A DNA stretch of 64,000 bases from Vicugna vicugna (lineage: Eukaryota). Of the stretch, positions 1-13,000 are shown piece by piece (positions within the stretch are counted from its first letter, which is position 1; each line of letters opens with the position of its first letter). The translations under genes were made by a program, and so were the position numbers. The DNA lies in assembly GCA_013265495.1 (NCBI GenBank), contig MU061804.1, forward strand, positions 2,878,263 through 2,942,262. The letters run 5' to 3'. The notes beneath the pieces are model-generated. The model worked only from the letters and a program-made list of their open reading frames with translations. It was not told the DNA's origin and ran no database searches.

Positions 1-2143
1 ACATCCACGGTGACATTCCTTAGCCGTGAGCAGAGCAGCGGCCGGGGTGCCTGAGTCACTGATGCCTGCAGGGCCCTCTGCCAGGTGGGTGGCCTGGGGC
101 CGAGTCAGGGGTCACCCTGGGGTCTCAGGGCTGCCGCTGCCGCTGCGGTGAAAGAAGAAACTGCCAGCGAAGGGGGGCAGGCTCGGGGGGCCCGGCGAGT
201 GCACCTGACTCTGGAGACTTTGGGCCTGACGTTGAGGGGGGACCTGACCCAGGGGGCCCGTCTGTCCCCGAGGCTCAGCCGCAGCTGACCACCCGCACGG
301 ATGGCCTGGGCCTCACCCCACAAGCCCCGCTGCCCCCGCCACCCCGTTTTAGTGCATAGCTCTGTTACTCCTGGTCTGGAAGCCTTTGATCCATTCCTTC
401 CCAGACCCCTACTAAGACACACGTGTCTGTAGGGCCCAGGGAACCCTGTCAGCTAGCACGGCGGCGTGGGAGGCCGACGTCTGGTTGACTGACATCTGAG
501 ACCCTGCAGAGATGGAGTCCCCGCTAGATGGGGTGTTGTGGGTTTGTGCACGTGCTTGTGCACGCTGACACTGCTGACGAGAGGGGAGGACACAGGGAAG
601 AGAGACCAGGTATGGATGTGTCACAGGGCCAGCTTCCCTGTTTCCTCTCCGCGTCCAGGCCGAGAGGCTGGGGCATTCTTGGGTAAGCCGTAGAAAATCA
701 CGGAAGGTTTTCATCCAGGGAGCGGCATAGTCTGAATGCGTCTTAAGGAGAGTCATCAGTTGACGAGAGGGAGAAGCCTGGGGAGGGGACGGGAAAGAGA
801 GTCGTCAGGCTGGGACAGTGTCAGGGGAAGAGTGATGGGTGAGGGGCTCACTTGTGTCCAGCCCCCGCTTCCAGAGGGCTCCAGTCTAACAGGGAAACAG
901 AGGCAGAGGTGGTGAGGCCGCCAAGATGAGGCACAGGTCGGGTGGAAAGAGCAGGCTGGGCTGGTGGCAGAGGGCACCAGGGACCTTGGAAAGAGCCCAG
1001 AGCCTGGTGGGCTGGCCCTGACGAGGGCGAGATGGAAAAGTCAATGAGTGCAGATGCTGTGAGCCGGGTGGACGGCCCAGCTGACCACAGCTGCTCTAAG
1101 CGTGTTGGGCCGGGGGGACCCTGCAGACACGTGGCAGGAGGGACGGCGAGCGTCATGAACTGACAGATACTGGGGCTAAAAATATTCCCCAGGTGTGGGC
1201 GTGACCCAGACTAACAGGGCACATGGAACAGAGGACTCCCTGCGCTCGGTCCCGAGACGAAAGGAGAAAGGGTCACAAGAGGGGTGCCGTGAGGGAGGGG
1301 CTGGGTGGGTGGACGCAGTGGGAGCCGGCAGGGGTCAGACCTTTGAGGTAAGAGGCCGCTAGATGTGGGTCCCAAACCAGGAGGGCAAAGGAGTCGGAAA
1401 TCATGCCTTAGGAGAGGCAGTTTATGTTGGAGAAGAAAAGGTTTAGGGGACGCACGCGAGCAGGAGCCGGCACGGGCTGGCCCTGGGGGTGGAAGGAGCA
1501 GAGGCTGGTGTGGGCTCTCCTCGTGCGTTTTGGGGAAGGACCTCCTGACTGGAGGCGTCACGAAAGGAGTGAGCTGCCCAGTGTGCGGCGAAAGCGTCTT
1601 CCCTGGAGGGGTTCAGGCACCGCCGCCCGCTTCCTGGGAGGGCCCCCAGGGGCTCTTACGTTCTTGGGCTGAAAGGGGACCAGCCTTCTGACCCCACCGA
1701 ATTCGGCACGCCTGGCCGAGCTCAGACGGGCTCCTATCGTCCCTGCTCCTCGTCCTCGGGCTCCACAAAGCATCGCTTGCATTTGAAGTGACAACACTGA
1801 GGGCTCCCACATCCCCCCACCCTTGCAGTCCCACCCTCTTCCCAACCCACAGGTCAGAGCACGCCCCCAGGGTGTCACAGCTGCCCAGCCCACACGGAAG
1901 CAGGGCTCCGGTCTGGCCGGCTGCCTTGACCACACCTCCAGGTCTGTCCGCCCTGCGGAGGAAAGGTTTGGCTTTGAAGGCTCTGGCATGCTTTGCATCA
2001 GTGTTTTCTTTATTCATCCTAGAAATGTGCAGAGATTAAAGCCTCCTTGTCTCTTTCCTGCTCTGGGTTCCCTACCAGGAGACCCTCTCTCCTGCTTGTC
2101 CCCAACGTCTCCCACCACTGGGTCTCAGGAGCCCCCTGGGAAC

Positions 2144-2177
2144 TGTCCCAGGCGCACAGGTGTCCCAGGCGCACAGG
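2144..2177. repeat. Perfect 17-bp tandem duplication (tgtcccaggcgcacagg)x2
   Basis: Read directly. Confidence 0.9.
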
Positions 2178-3126
2178 CAGCTGCCTGGCTCGTGCAGAGC
2201 TCACGCAGGACAGAGGTCCCTGCCGCACAGCCCAGCCATGGGAAGTTCTTCCCTAGACCCCACTGAAAGCAATCTGGAGGCCTCCCGGGTCTTGGAAGGC
2301 CCGCCCCGTCTCACCAGCGCCGGCCAGCGTCAGTCAGCATCCTCGCACAGAAGGAACAGTGCATCGCAAAACGCCGCTCATTACACCTGCTCCCGTGCAA
2401 GATTGCCTTCCAGCCACTTCCCAGCTGAAACTGTTGGAATTACCAGTGCTTTGTGTTTTCCATTCCCGGCTAGAACTGAGAAATTCTCACCTCTTACTTC
2501 CCCCTTCCATTTTATGTTTTAAACTGTCCGGGCTGGTGATGAACGGTCAGCAGGCTCCCCCCAGATCAGTCCGTGACTGTGTGGGCTCGGTCCTCACCCC
2601 TGAGATGACATGAGAGGCCGTCTGTGGAGGGGAGACGGGTGGTCAGGTCCAGGGGCGTCACTGGGAGGGCCTGACAACCACAGATGCTGCTCTGACTCAG
2701 CAGGTGTGAGATGCCCTCCCTCCCCCTCCGCCTCGGAACTTGCCCCCAGGAGATGCTGCTGCCGCCGTCCGGGGAGCCCACCATGGGGACGGCTAGGTGA
2801 ACCGGTGACGCTGAGGGGGCCACTCTGAGAGTGTTCCGATTGGGTTTAGGGACGGTCTGTCTAATTAACCCTTCTCTCCCCTCCCCCATCAGCTCCCACC
2901 CCCGCAGACTCACCTTCCTAATTCTGTCGCCCTCATGTTCAGATTCACATCTGTTTGCAGCACTGCCTGAGCAGACTCCACCCTAGGAAGGATGGAGGAG
3001 GTCACTGGGAGGGTGGCGGGTGGGCCTGGGAAGCCCCCACAAGAGTTGTGACACCAGGGGGCGGGGTCTGCCATCGATAGTCTCCCTCGGGAGTGAAGCT
3101 GCCGTCCAGGCCAGTGGAGGCTCTAA

Positions 3127-3495
<369 letters not shown>

Positions 3496-5603
3496 TAAAT
3501 GCGCGTCTGTTCATCCGGGACTTACGAGCATCTTCTGTGTGCGGAGGAGGATACGGGGTGGAATAAGATTTCTCTGTGCCCATGCCCCGTCTTACTGCAG
3601 ACTCAGTGTCCCCCTGTGTAGGCTGCAGAATGTCCCTGTCTCCTTCCTGTCTTCCCTGCTTCTCCCCAGTCTGTCCCCGTTAAGTCCCTGACAGGCTCCC
3701 AAACTCCTGCAGCATCTCACTGCCTGTAACCGCGAAGCCCAGATTCCTTGGCCTGGTAAGTGGGGTGGGGGGGTCCCACGACCCCGCTCCAGCCACTTCC
3801 CCAGCCTCACTTCTCACCGCCCTCCTTGCTGGGCCCTCCGCCCCATCACCCCTCTGCTGCCACCGCTCACACGGCCCAGCCACACGGAGCGCTTGTAGCT
3901 CCCCGCACGTGGGCTTCCCGAGGCCCTGGGCCGCCGCCGACCCCGGCTGCGCCGCGGGGGCCGGGGCCTCTATCTGCTCTGCCTCCTTCCCTCCTGTGTG
4001 GGTCTGCTGTTCCGCAGAGTAGGGTCGGTGTGGGGGAGACTCAGGCAACAGGAACTTACCGCTCGCCGTCCAGAGGCCCCGGAGGTGTCTCCCACTGCCT
4101 CTCTCCTTGGCCTGCGCCCGGCGTCTCCTCGCCGTGCCCCACACGGCCCTCCCTCCTTGTGCATCCCTGGTGTCTCTCTGTGTGTCCCGATTGCCTGCGT
4201 CTCTAAAGACACAGGCCAGACTGGGTCAGCACCCCCCGCAGGGCCTCGGCTTAACTCGGTCGCTCCTTGAAAGACGTTATCCCAATACAATCCTGGTCTG
4301 GGGCAGTGGGGGTCCGGGCGCCAGCACAGGGATTTTGGGGGCTCACGGTTCCGTCTATAATGCCTCCCCACCCCTCCCCACCGGGCCGCCTCTAGCGCAG
4401 GCTGCATCTGCCCGTGCGGGTATTACTCAACTCTCCTTCCCTTTGGGGTCAAGGTCCTTACGTGTCCTGCTGGGAGCTCCCTGACGCCCTGTGCTTACGT
4501 CTGTCATGGAGGTGTTTAAAGCGATATATGTGCACGCTGACAAAAAAATAACAATGAAATATAAAAAAGGGCCTGAAAAGTCAAGGGGAGCCCTACGCAG
4601 TCCCGTGCCTCAGAGGCTCACACTGTCAGGGACACCTCTGGTAGCTTTTCAGCAAACGTCAGTGTGCACGAGCGACTGTCTACCTACACACACTTCCTTG
4701 TCATTTGCAATAATTACAGCGTCACAGGAAGTTGCAAAAATAGTACATGGAGTTCTGGGAGCCCCACCCCAGCCGCCTCCGCTGGTGGCGTCTTCCACGA
4801 CCGGAGGACAAGGCGCGGCTGCACCTGTCTTAGAGACACAGGTCAGGCTCATACCGCACGCACCGCCCTCCACAGCCTCGTCTGTTTAACCGCGGGTCTC
4901 AGAGATGCTGCCACAGCCTCACAGGGACACCCACTGCCTCCTCTTAAACAACCACCCAGGGTCCCGATGGCGGACGGGCTGTCGCTCACCGAGCATTTCC
5001 ACCCTCCTGTGCCGCCCTGGGTCACACTCCGTAGCCTCTGCCCTCTGGCTTCTCCAGCAGGGCGTGGCTCGTAGCTTACTCTGAGCTCGTGTTAGGTGAG
5101 TGCGCCAAGGCAGCACCCCTGCCCTGGGAGCGTGTTCACGTGGACCGTCCCCGCAAAGCCTTCCTGGGGACGCGGAGCTTGTCATCGGGGCTGAGTGGGG
5201 GCACATGAGGCAGGGCTAGGGCAGTGCTACCGAAATTTAAAAATCTGCTAATTCGCTTCCTAAGGCCCTGGTGATAGTGATCCCCTCTCACCTGTGCACA
5301 GAGCGGGCAAGGGACTTGCCTAATCCCCCCGCTAAGAAGGGCTTGTCCCAGGGCCAGCGCCTCCTGACCACCAAGACCAGGGTCTCTGGTCTCCATCAGC
5401 CAGGCCAGCACTGGCGCCTCCCCACCCTGGAGAAAACCAGAGACCCCGTGGGGTCAGAATATTAAAGGGCTGAAGGTATCGCTGTAGTGGGGAAAGCTGA
5501 AAGCCAGTTATGCGCTTGAAGGCTGCAGTGGGGGCAGGGGCGGGAGGGGAAGGCTCATTCACTGACCAGTACCCTAAATGCGTGGTCCATAGCGGTGTGT
5601 GTG

Positions 5604-5736
5604 GCGGGAAGGGAACAGCTCAGCGGGAGAGCGCGTGCTTAGCATGCACGAGGTCCTGGGTGCCATCCCCAGCACGGCCATTAAAATAAAAACAAGTAAA
5701 TAAAACCTAGTTGCTACCCCTCCATCCCCCAAAAAA
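5604..5736 (+). mobile_element. tRNA-Ala(AGC)-derived SINE, camelid Vic-1 type, in a PRMT8 intron
   Basis: Body cagctcagcgggagagcgcgtgcttagcatgcacgaggtcctggg...ca, A-rich tail with cctagtt..cccc. TSD tccatag(c/t)gg at 5586-5595 and 5737-5746. B box mutated. Confidence 0.85.
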
Positions 5737-6319
5737 TCCATAGTGGAGGTGCGTGCTCACCGTGGTGCAGAGCAACTTTCTGGATAATCCCTAGAACATT
5801 CTGGACCATGACAGTGGGGCTGTGCATGCCAGAGTTACAGTTCGTGGATAAAGAAGGTGATGCACCACTTTCTACAGTGACCAGTGACCGCCTAGTGCAG
5901 TGGCTCCGCCAGACCCTAACCGGGACCTGCTGTGGCACAGGTCGGGCGACCGTAAAGTTCGTCTTTCAGCCGAGGACACGCTGAGAGTGAAAGGGAGAGC
6001 TATTAATAATTAGGCCAGGACAATGGTCCTGGGCACAGCGGGGTCGGTCCAGCTCAGTGCACCCTTTCCCTTCCCATCCCTCCTGGTCCCCCACCTGACC
6101 CCCTCGGTCCCTCGGGACACGAGCATCATTCTGCAGATGTCGAAAATGAGCCCCGGGGGCGCAGTGCAGACACATGCGCAATGCAGACTGGAAACCGGGC
6201 TGTTGCTGCCTAATTAAGTGTCCTTTCCACGACACCCACCCGAGCGGCATTATTAGATGCGAACGACTGGGTCTGCACAGTGTCTGGGTCTGCACAGCGA
6301 TCTCGGCTGTGGCGGTGTG

Positions 6320-6450
6320 TCTGCAACCCCTGGGGGCAGATTTCTACATCTTGGCAAGCCTGCCCCCTCCTCACGCCCCTGAATTACTGGATTCAAATCT
6401 CTGGGAGTCGAGTCAAAACATCTGAATTTTCATCAGCTTCTCCTGGACAC
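6320..6450. mobile_element. MER5-like DNA transposon remnant
   Basis: attcaaatctctgggagt...catctgaattttcatcagcttctcctgg, MER5-like 3' half. Confidence 0.4.
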
Positions 6451-8465
6451 CAGGATGGAGAATCAGGATTGAGAAAGCTGCTTTAGACGATTCGTCCATG
6501 GACCCATCATGGAAGTGAGATGTTGGGGGAAGTTCATAACCTTTTGATGTCAAGGGGAAAAACACTTTCCTTCAACTCAAGGCTGGTGTGTTTTGGGGCG
6601 CCACCATCAGAGGCAGACTCCTAGGTTTGTTGGCTGGCAAATCTGAGCCAGCGGAGTCTCAGAGCGCCTAGAAGGCGTCTGATCAGGAGGCAGAAGGAAG
6701 CTGCTTGCATCTCCTTGCCTGAAGGTCTTCAAGAACAGGAGAGACACCTGTCTGAGCTGGCGTGGGTGGCCGCGGGGGCGAGGGTGCTGTCAATGACTCA
6801 CTGCCAATCTCACACACACCGGAGACTCTCTTTCGACAATCCATTTAGATGTTGTTGGCAGGGCAGGTGCTGGGAGCAGGTGGACTTTGTCCGTGGACAG
6901 CAGTGTGCCTTAGAGGCCAGGAAGGCAGGATGTGTTTGGAGATCCAGGGTCTGAGAGGCACAGATTGCATGTTCGTGATGTCAGGATCCTCCTTCCAGCC
7001 CTTCCAAATGCTCAGGATGCTCCCCCTGCCCACGACCTTGAACTTGCATTGATTTCCCACGTGCATGGAAGGCTCCTCGAGTCTCTTTCCAAACCACTGA
7101 CGTTCAGTCGAGCCAGGTCATGGCGAAGGGCAAAGACAGACTCTTCCCTGCCACTAAAACAGCCCTTGGGGTTTGAACGCTCCTAGCGGTGCCCTGGTCT
7201 GATTGGGCGCACGGTAAATCCCGTCAGCGGTTGCGTGTGAACACCTCTTGTCTGGACTGCAGGTGGCTCACACAAATGTGAGACAGCCCCAGTTACTCCT
7301 GGGAATTAAAGCCCTGCCTTCTGAGGGGTCCCAGTCTCTGTTCTGCCTCCGTAGCCACGTAGAAGGCCACATAGAGGTCTCTCTGTGTGACAGGTTTTGA
7401 ATTATTTGAAAGGCACTTACTAGAGTCCCTGTAGGTCTTAGCGCCTCTAGTCTTAAGCAAAGAGGAAGTGAGTGTCAATGCGTCGTGCATCCTGGCGGAG
7501 GAAGGTAGGAGCCGCAAGGCCTGTAAGGCGGGCTTTCCTCCATCCGTCGGTTCCGAAGCCTCGATGTCACTCAACACCTGTGGGGGCATTGAAGCTTCGC
7601 CATCTCCTCTTTGGGTTTTCACCGTCGCTCATCTATTCGGTACTCACAGATCTAGCAAGGGTGGTGGTGGGCACTCAAGGTGCCCTTTATCCAGGTGGGT
7701 GGTCAGGCAAAGCTTCCCGGAGGACGTGACCTTGAAGGGTAAGGAAGGAGAGGCTGGTGACTAGGGAGGGAAGAGTGGTCCAATGACGACTGGGGCTGAA
7801 GAGGGTGGCCCATGAGGCGAGACCCCATCTGTTGTAGAATTAGTCGTGTGCCAAGGGGGTGGGTGGGATTTCAGGGCAAATACAGGGGAGGCGCAGCACC
7901 AGCGTGGCTCCAGATGGGGCATGAGGTGTGTGCTGTGCACCAGCGTTGAGCCTGTGGACTGAGAATCATCCCCAGTTTTTATCTGACCCAGGTAGGAGGG
8001 TGCAGCCGAACCCCACGGCCAGCCTGGAGCAGGGTGCTGGGATGGGTTCAGAGCGGCAGGCCAGGAAAGCTGTTCGTAGGATGGAGATGTCTGTGAAATT
8101 GGGGAAACCGGTTTAGCCATGGAGTTGGCATAAACGGTGTCATTTAAGGGGAGATGGGGTGGACCACTCTACAAACCTCCCTGGCCCCCCACTGTCTGAA
8201 AGTCTTCACTCTGTTGAACTAATGAAAAACAGTAGCATTTTGAGATTCGTTGGGTTAATACTGCCCCTGGGCGTGAATGTGTTTCTCTTCTGCTCCTCAG
8301 CTCAGAGCCGCAATCCTGATGGCAGGAGGAGTCCCCAGGCTGAGTGGGGGTCCTGCAGGGGCCGGGCAGATTGCTGGGGTGGAGGGGCTCGGTGAGTCCC
8401 AGAGGAAGCCCAGCAGCTTCCGGGCAGGGTCCCAGCTTCAGCCCCTCTGGAGATGTCTGCTCTGA

Positions 8466-8768
<303 letters not shown>

Positions 8769-9076
8769 TGAAGGACTCCAACCTGGGCCCCTTACAACTC
8801 GGGAACTGGAGCCTTCCCGCAGGCCTCCTGGGGACCCTCCCAGCCTTGAGGACGGCTTCCAGCTATACACGGGAGGGGTTTTGAGAACAGAGGCTGTTGC
8901 CCTGGGTTTCACCTCATTTAGGACGAGGTGAGCCGGAAGAGAACAGCTTCTGGTGGCCTAGAAGACCAGGCGTGCATTCCTTGCGCTGGCCTGCTGGGCT
9001 GGAGACCCAGCCAGGTGCCTGGAGGGCCCTGCCTCCGGGAGGCTCGACCACCCCACTCTGTCTTCCCCTGGGATGA

Positions 9077-9385
<309 letters not shown>

Positions 9386-10165
9386 CACACGTGGGAGGCT
9401 GCCGGGAGCGGGCGAGAGCAGAAACTCACCTCCGTCTGCGGCGCTGCCCCGGGGACCCTGTTTGCAGGACTACACGCTCAAAACTGGAGTCTGAAACCCT
9501 GCCCTCGAGATTGGTGAACTCACCGGCCTCCCGGGGGCCCGCCACTGGACAGAGGGCCCCCAGCTCCTCCGCTCTGCCCAGGGGGCCCTTCTCACAGGCT
9601 CTGTCATCGGACAGAGAGCCGCGGGCGGCGCGGCAGCTGGGCCCCGGTGGGGGAGCCCACATGTGCCCCCTCGCCCCCTAACTGTGACTCTCTGGGATCT
9701 TCAGGTTTTGCATGCTGCAGGCACCTAGGACAGACTGCTTCCCTAGAACCTGGAGACATAGTGTCTGATAGCGCAAGCCGGACTCCCCCGTGTGCGCGGC
9801 GGTGCGTGCGTGTGCGTGTGTGCGGGCGGGGCCGGCAGGCCTAGCAGTTTATTTAAGCGGCACACCGGTTTGTGCGTGCCTAGAGGGCCGAGTGGGTTGT
9901 CTGTGTGCCTCCGGGGGTGTGTGTGTGCGTGTGTGCGTGCGTGTGCGTAGACATCTATTGCTCTCAGAGGAGATTCTGTTGCTTTCGAGTAGGACTTTGT
10001 TTTGTGATTAGTTCTCCCTCGCCCACCCCGTCCCGGATGTTAAGCTGCTGTGAGACGTTCTCTGAACTAGCTCCGGTCTCCTTTTGACTGGACTGTGGCT
10101 CTGAACCCTGAGCATACTACCGTGCCCTCCATGAGCGCTCAATAAATGCACATGAGAGGGAAGCG
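9386..10165 (+). other. PRMT8: PRMT8 3' UTR (end approximate)
   Basis: Runs from the stop codon to the first AATAAA (10141) plus the usual 15-25 nt to cleavage. Confidence 0.7.
10141..10146 (+). terminator. PRMT8 polyadenylation signal AATAAA
   Basis: First canonical hexamer downstream of the PRMT8 stop, followed by GT/G-rich sequence. Confidence 0.75.
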
Positions 10166-12839
10166 TGCCTGGTGCTCTGGGGGGTGGGGTGGGGAGTGGG
10201 ACGGAAGAGCCCATGGTGCTGCTCCCGGAAGGATGGGAGCTCCTTGGTGGAAGCTGTTGTGAAGCTGGGACTGGCCCAAGGGCATCTCCCCTGCAACCCT
10301 CGGGGGTGGGAGGAGGGTCCTGGAGCTGGGGTGGGGGGATGTGAGTTAACCTAGAGCGCCCCAGAAGAGGAGGCCACGTGCAGCCTGGAGGGAGGCCGAG
10401 GTCAGGAGCAGAGGAAGCCAGGAGGGCCCGGAGGAGAAGGAGATGGTGGCTGAGTGTGTGGTCCTGGGCCCCTGGTGAGAGACTAGGGCGGGGTCTGAGG
10501 GTGAGGCCGATGGAGGTACCCTCCGGACTGTGGTGGTGGATGGTTGCGTTCCTGCTCCTCTGCCCCACTGCCGGCTGCCTGGGCTGGTGTCAGTGTCTGG
10601 CAGGGCCTGCGCGCCCCCAGCATCAGGAACGTGCCCATCTTGAATGGGGCACCCACAGAGCCCAGATCAAACAGCTCGGGTCCTGGCGGTGGCAACCTGG
10701 GCTCCTACGGAAGCTCCCTTCCCCAGTGTGTTGATGTATCTCCAGTCCCCCTGCCACCTCTAACCCTTTAGCCTCGGGTCCCCTCCCAGAGAAGACAGAG
10801 TCAGAAGGGGGCCTGCCAGGTCAGCAAAGGCCTGATTCTCCAAAGGCCCAGAATGTTCCCTTCCTGGGAGAGGGCAGAGGGTGTGGGATCCTGCCCCTGG
10901 GGAAGTGCCTAAGTGCGGATCCCTTGTGTCCTCCTGGGCTGGGAGAGCCCCGGGCAGCCCGGGCTGGTTGTCAGTGTGACCGAGGCGTGGTGAGTCAGGA
11001 GAACAGATCAGCAGGGTTCTTCTCTGCGCCCAGGGCCGGCAGTGAGCCTCCCAGGAGATCATCCGTGCAGGAAGGAGCAGAACCTAGAGGCGGGGAAACG
11101 TCGTGCTGCACGCATGGTCACGTGGTCTGGGAATCTTGCGTGGCCTCCTAATAGGGAAGACCAGCCTGGGGCAGGAGGGGAGACACACTCCCACCTGTTA
11201 CCTGGAGGCTGACGGTGGCTTCCAGACCGGGGGTGCGTGCTGCGCCTCCCCAGCACGGCGGCTCCGGCTCTGGTCTGTCCTGGGGAGCAGACGCGGTGCT
11301 GGGCAAGGGGAACCCAGCAGAGAACAAAGCAGACCCCAAGAGCAGCCTCTGAGCAAGAGCGACGCCGATTACGAGGCAGCGGGGACTCTTAGGGGTTGAA
11401 GGGAACCTCTCTGAAGATGTGACTTTAAACAGAAACTTGAAAACGCAGGAGGAGAGGATAAGGGAAGGAGGGGCAGGGACAGCACGGCCCGGGCCCTGCC
11501 CAGAGGGGAAGAGGGAAAGGCTGAGGCTGGGGGAGCAGGCAGAAGGGGTCCGAGGTGGAGAGCCGGTGGCCACGTCAAGGAGGCTTGTCCTTGGGCGGTG
11601 AGAAGACGCTGGAGGGCTTGAATCAGGACCCGGTTCCCACGCCACCCGTGCTCTGAAGCTGATGAGCTCAGTTTGGCGGTGGCTTGCCCTGCAAAACGGC
11701 CCTAGACTTCACTTATTGCTGCTTCAGAAAGTCAGCCGCAGAAAGGTAAGCGGGGAGGCAGCCGGCAGGATGTCTGGAGCCCTGGGGGAGCGGGGGCTTC
11801 TCTGGGTGCTGCTGTGCAAGATGGCAGGAGTGCGGACGGCCGTCCAGGAGGATCACCGCGCGCACCTGTAGGGAATCGCAGAGGGGCAGCTTGCGCGGCC
11901 CTGAAACCATCGGGATCGTCCTTTCCGGTGTCGTGTCGCCCTGCTCTTCCCACAAGGGCGGCTCGGAGGATGTCATTGTCTGGGAGGCGGGAGGGAGCAC
12001 GGCGTCTGCGGGAGGCTGGCGGGTGTTCCGGGATTGTTCTGCTGTCTTCAAGCTCCCGGCGGCCGTTTCCAGGGGAGCCCGGTGGGCGGCACCATGTTCC
12101 ACTCCCAGAGCCCATCCTCAAAGCATCTCTCAGGCTCCGTAGGTGGCAGTGGTTCCTGATGCGATGACCATGGCTTTCTGGCCATGGTTCGTTCCCTTGG
12201 TTGGATGGAGCTTCATGATTGAAGCCAAAGACCCCGGCTTCTCAGGCTCCCGCTCAGCTTCGTGGTCGTGGTCGATGCCTGGAACTCCAGCCGGCCCCAG
12301 AGATAAACAGACCTGGGGTGGCAGCCCGGCTCCTCCAGGCGGCTGTGAGCCTGCAGCAAGTTAGTGAAATTGCCTGTTCCCATGTGAATCCTTCCTCTGC
12401 TCAATGGCCTGATCATCACTCCTTTGTCCTGGATGACGAGATAGTGCGGGATGGCCGGGAAATACACCGTGCTCAGACTGAACCGAGCGCCCCGGACAAG
12501 GACGTGCAGGGGCCCCTGGTGGGAGAAGTGCCTTCAGGCAGTCTCTGCCCACAGCGGGTCAGGGTGCTTGCTTCCTGGGGCCAGAGACAAGGTACACGAT
12601 CCTCTGTTGCTTGGAAACCTTTCTGAAGGTGACCTTGGAGAGGCTGGGATCAGGGACGACGGGAGAGGTCAGAGCAGGGCCAGGGCTTGGGGGACCTCAA
12701 GCTATGAAACAGGACTCAGGACTGGGCCCAGAGTTGGAATGGGGGCTGATGCCTGCCCGTTGTGGCAGGAGGCTGCCCCTGAGACGGGAGCAGCCTGGGG
12801 CACGGTGCAGTGTGGACTCTGACCTGGAGGACTGCGTTC

Positions 12840-13000
12840 CAGCTCCGAGTCTCCCATAAGCTCCCGGCTGTGTGACATGCAGCAAGTCAGCCTCTCTGCC
12901 TCAGTTTCCTCTACCTGCAAACTGGCGGTGACCCTGTCACCTCCCTCGGGGTGGAGGTGCAGGCCAAGTGGGGACCGTGCCCAGGACCCAGCGTGCTTGT
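12840..13000 (+). mobile_element. MIR
   Basis: ggctgtgtgac..gcaagtca..cctctctgcctcagtttcct..ctgcaaa core. Confidence 0.7.
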
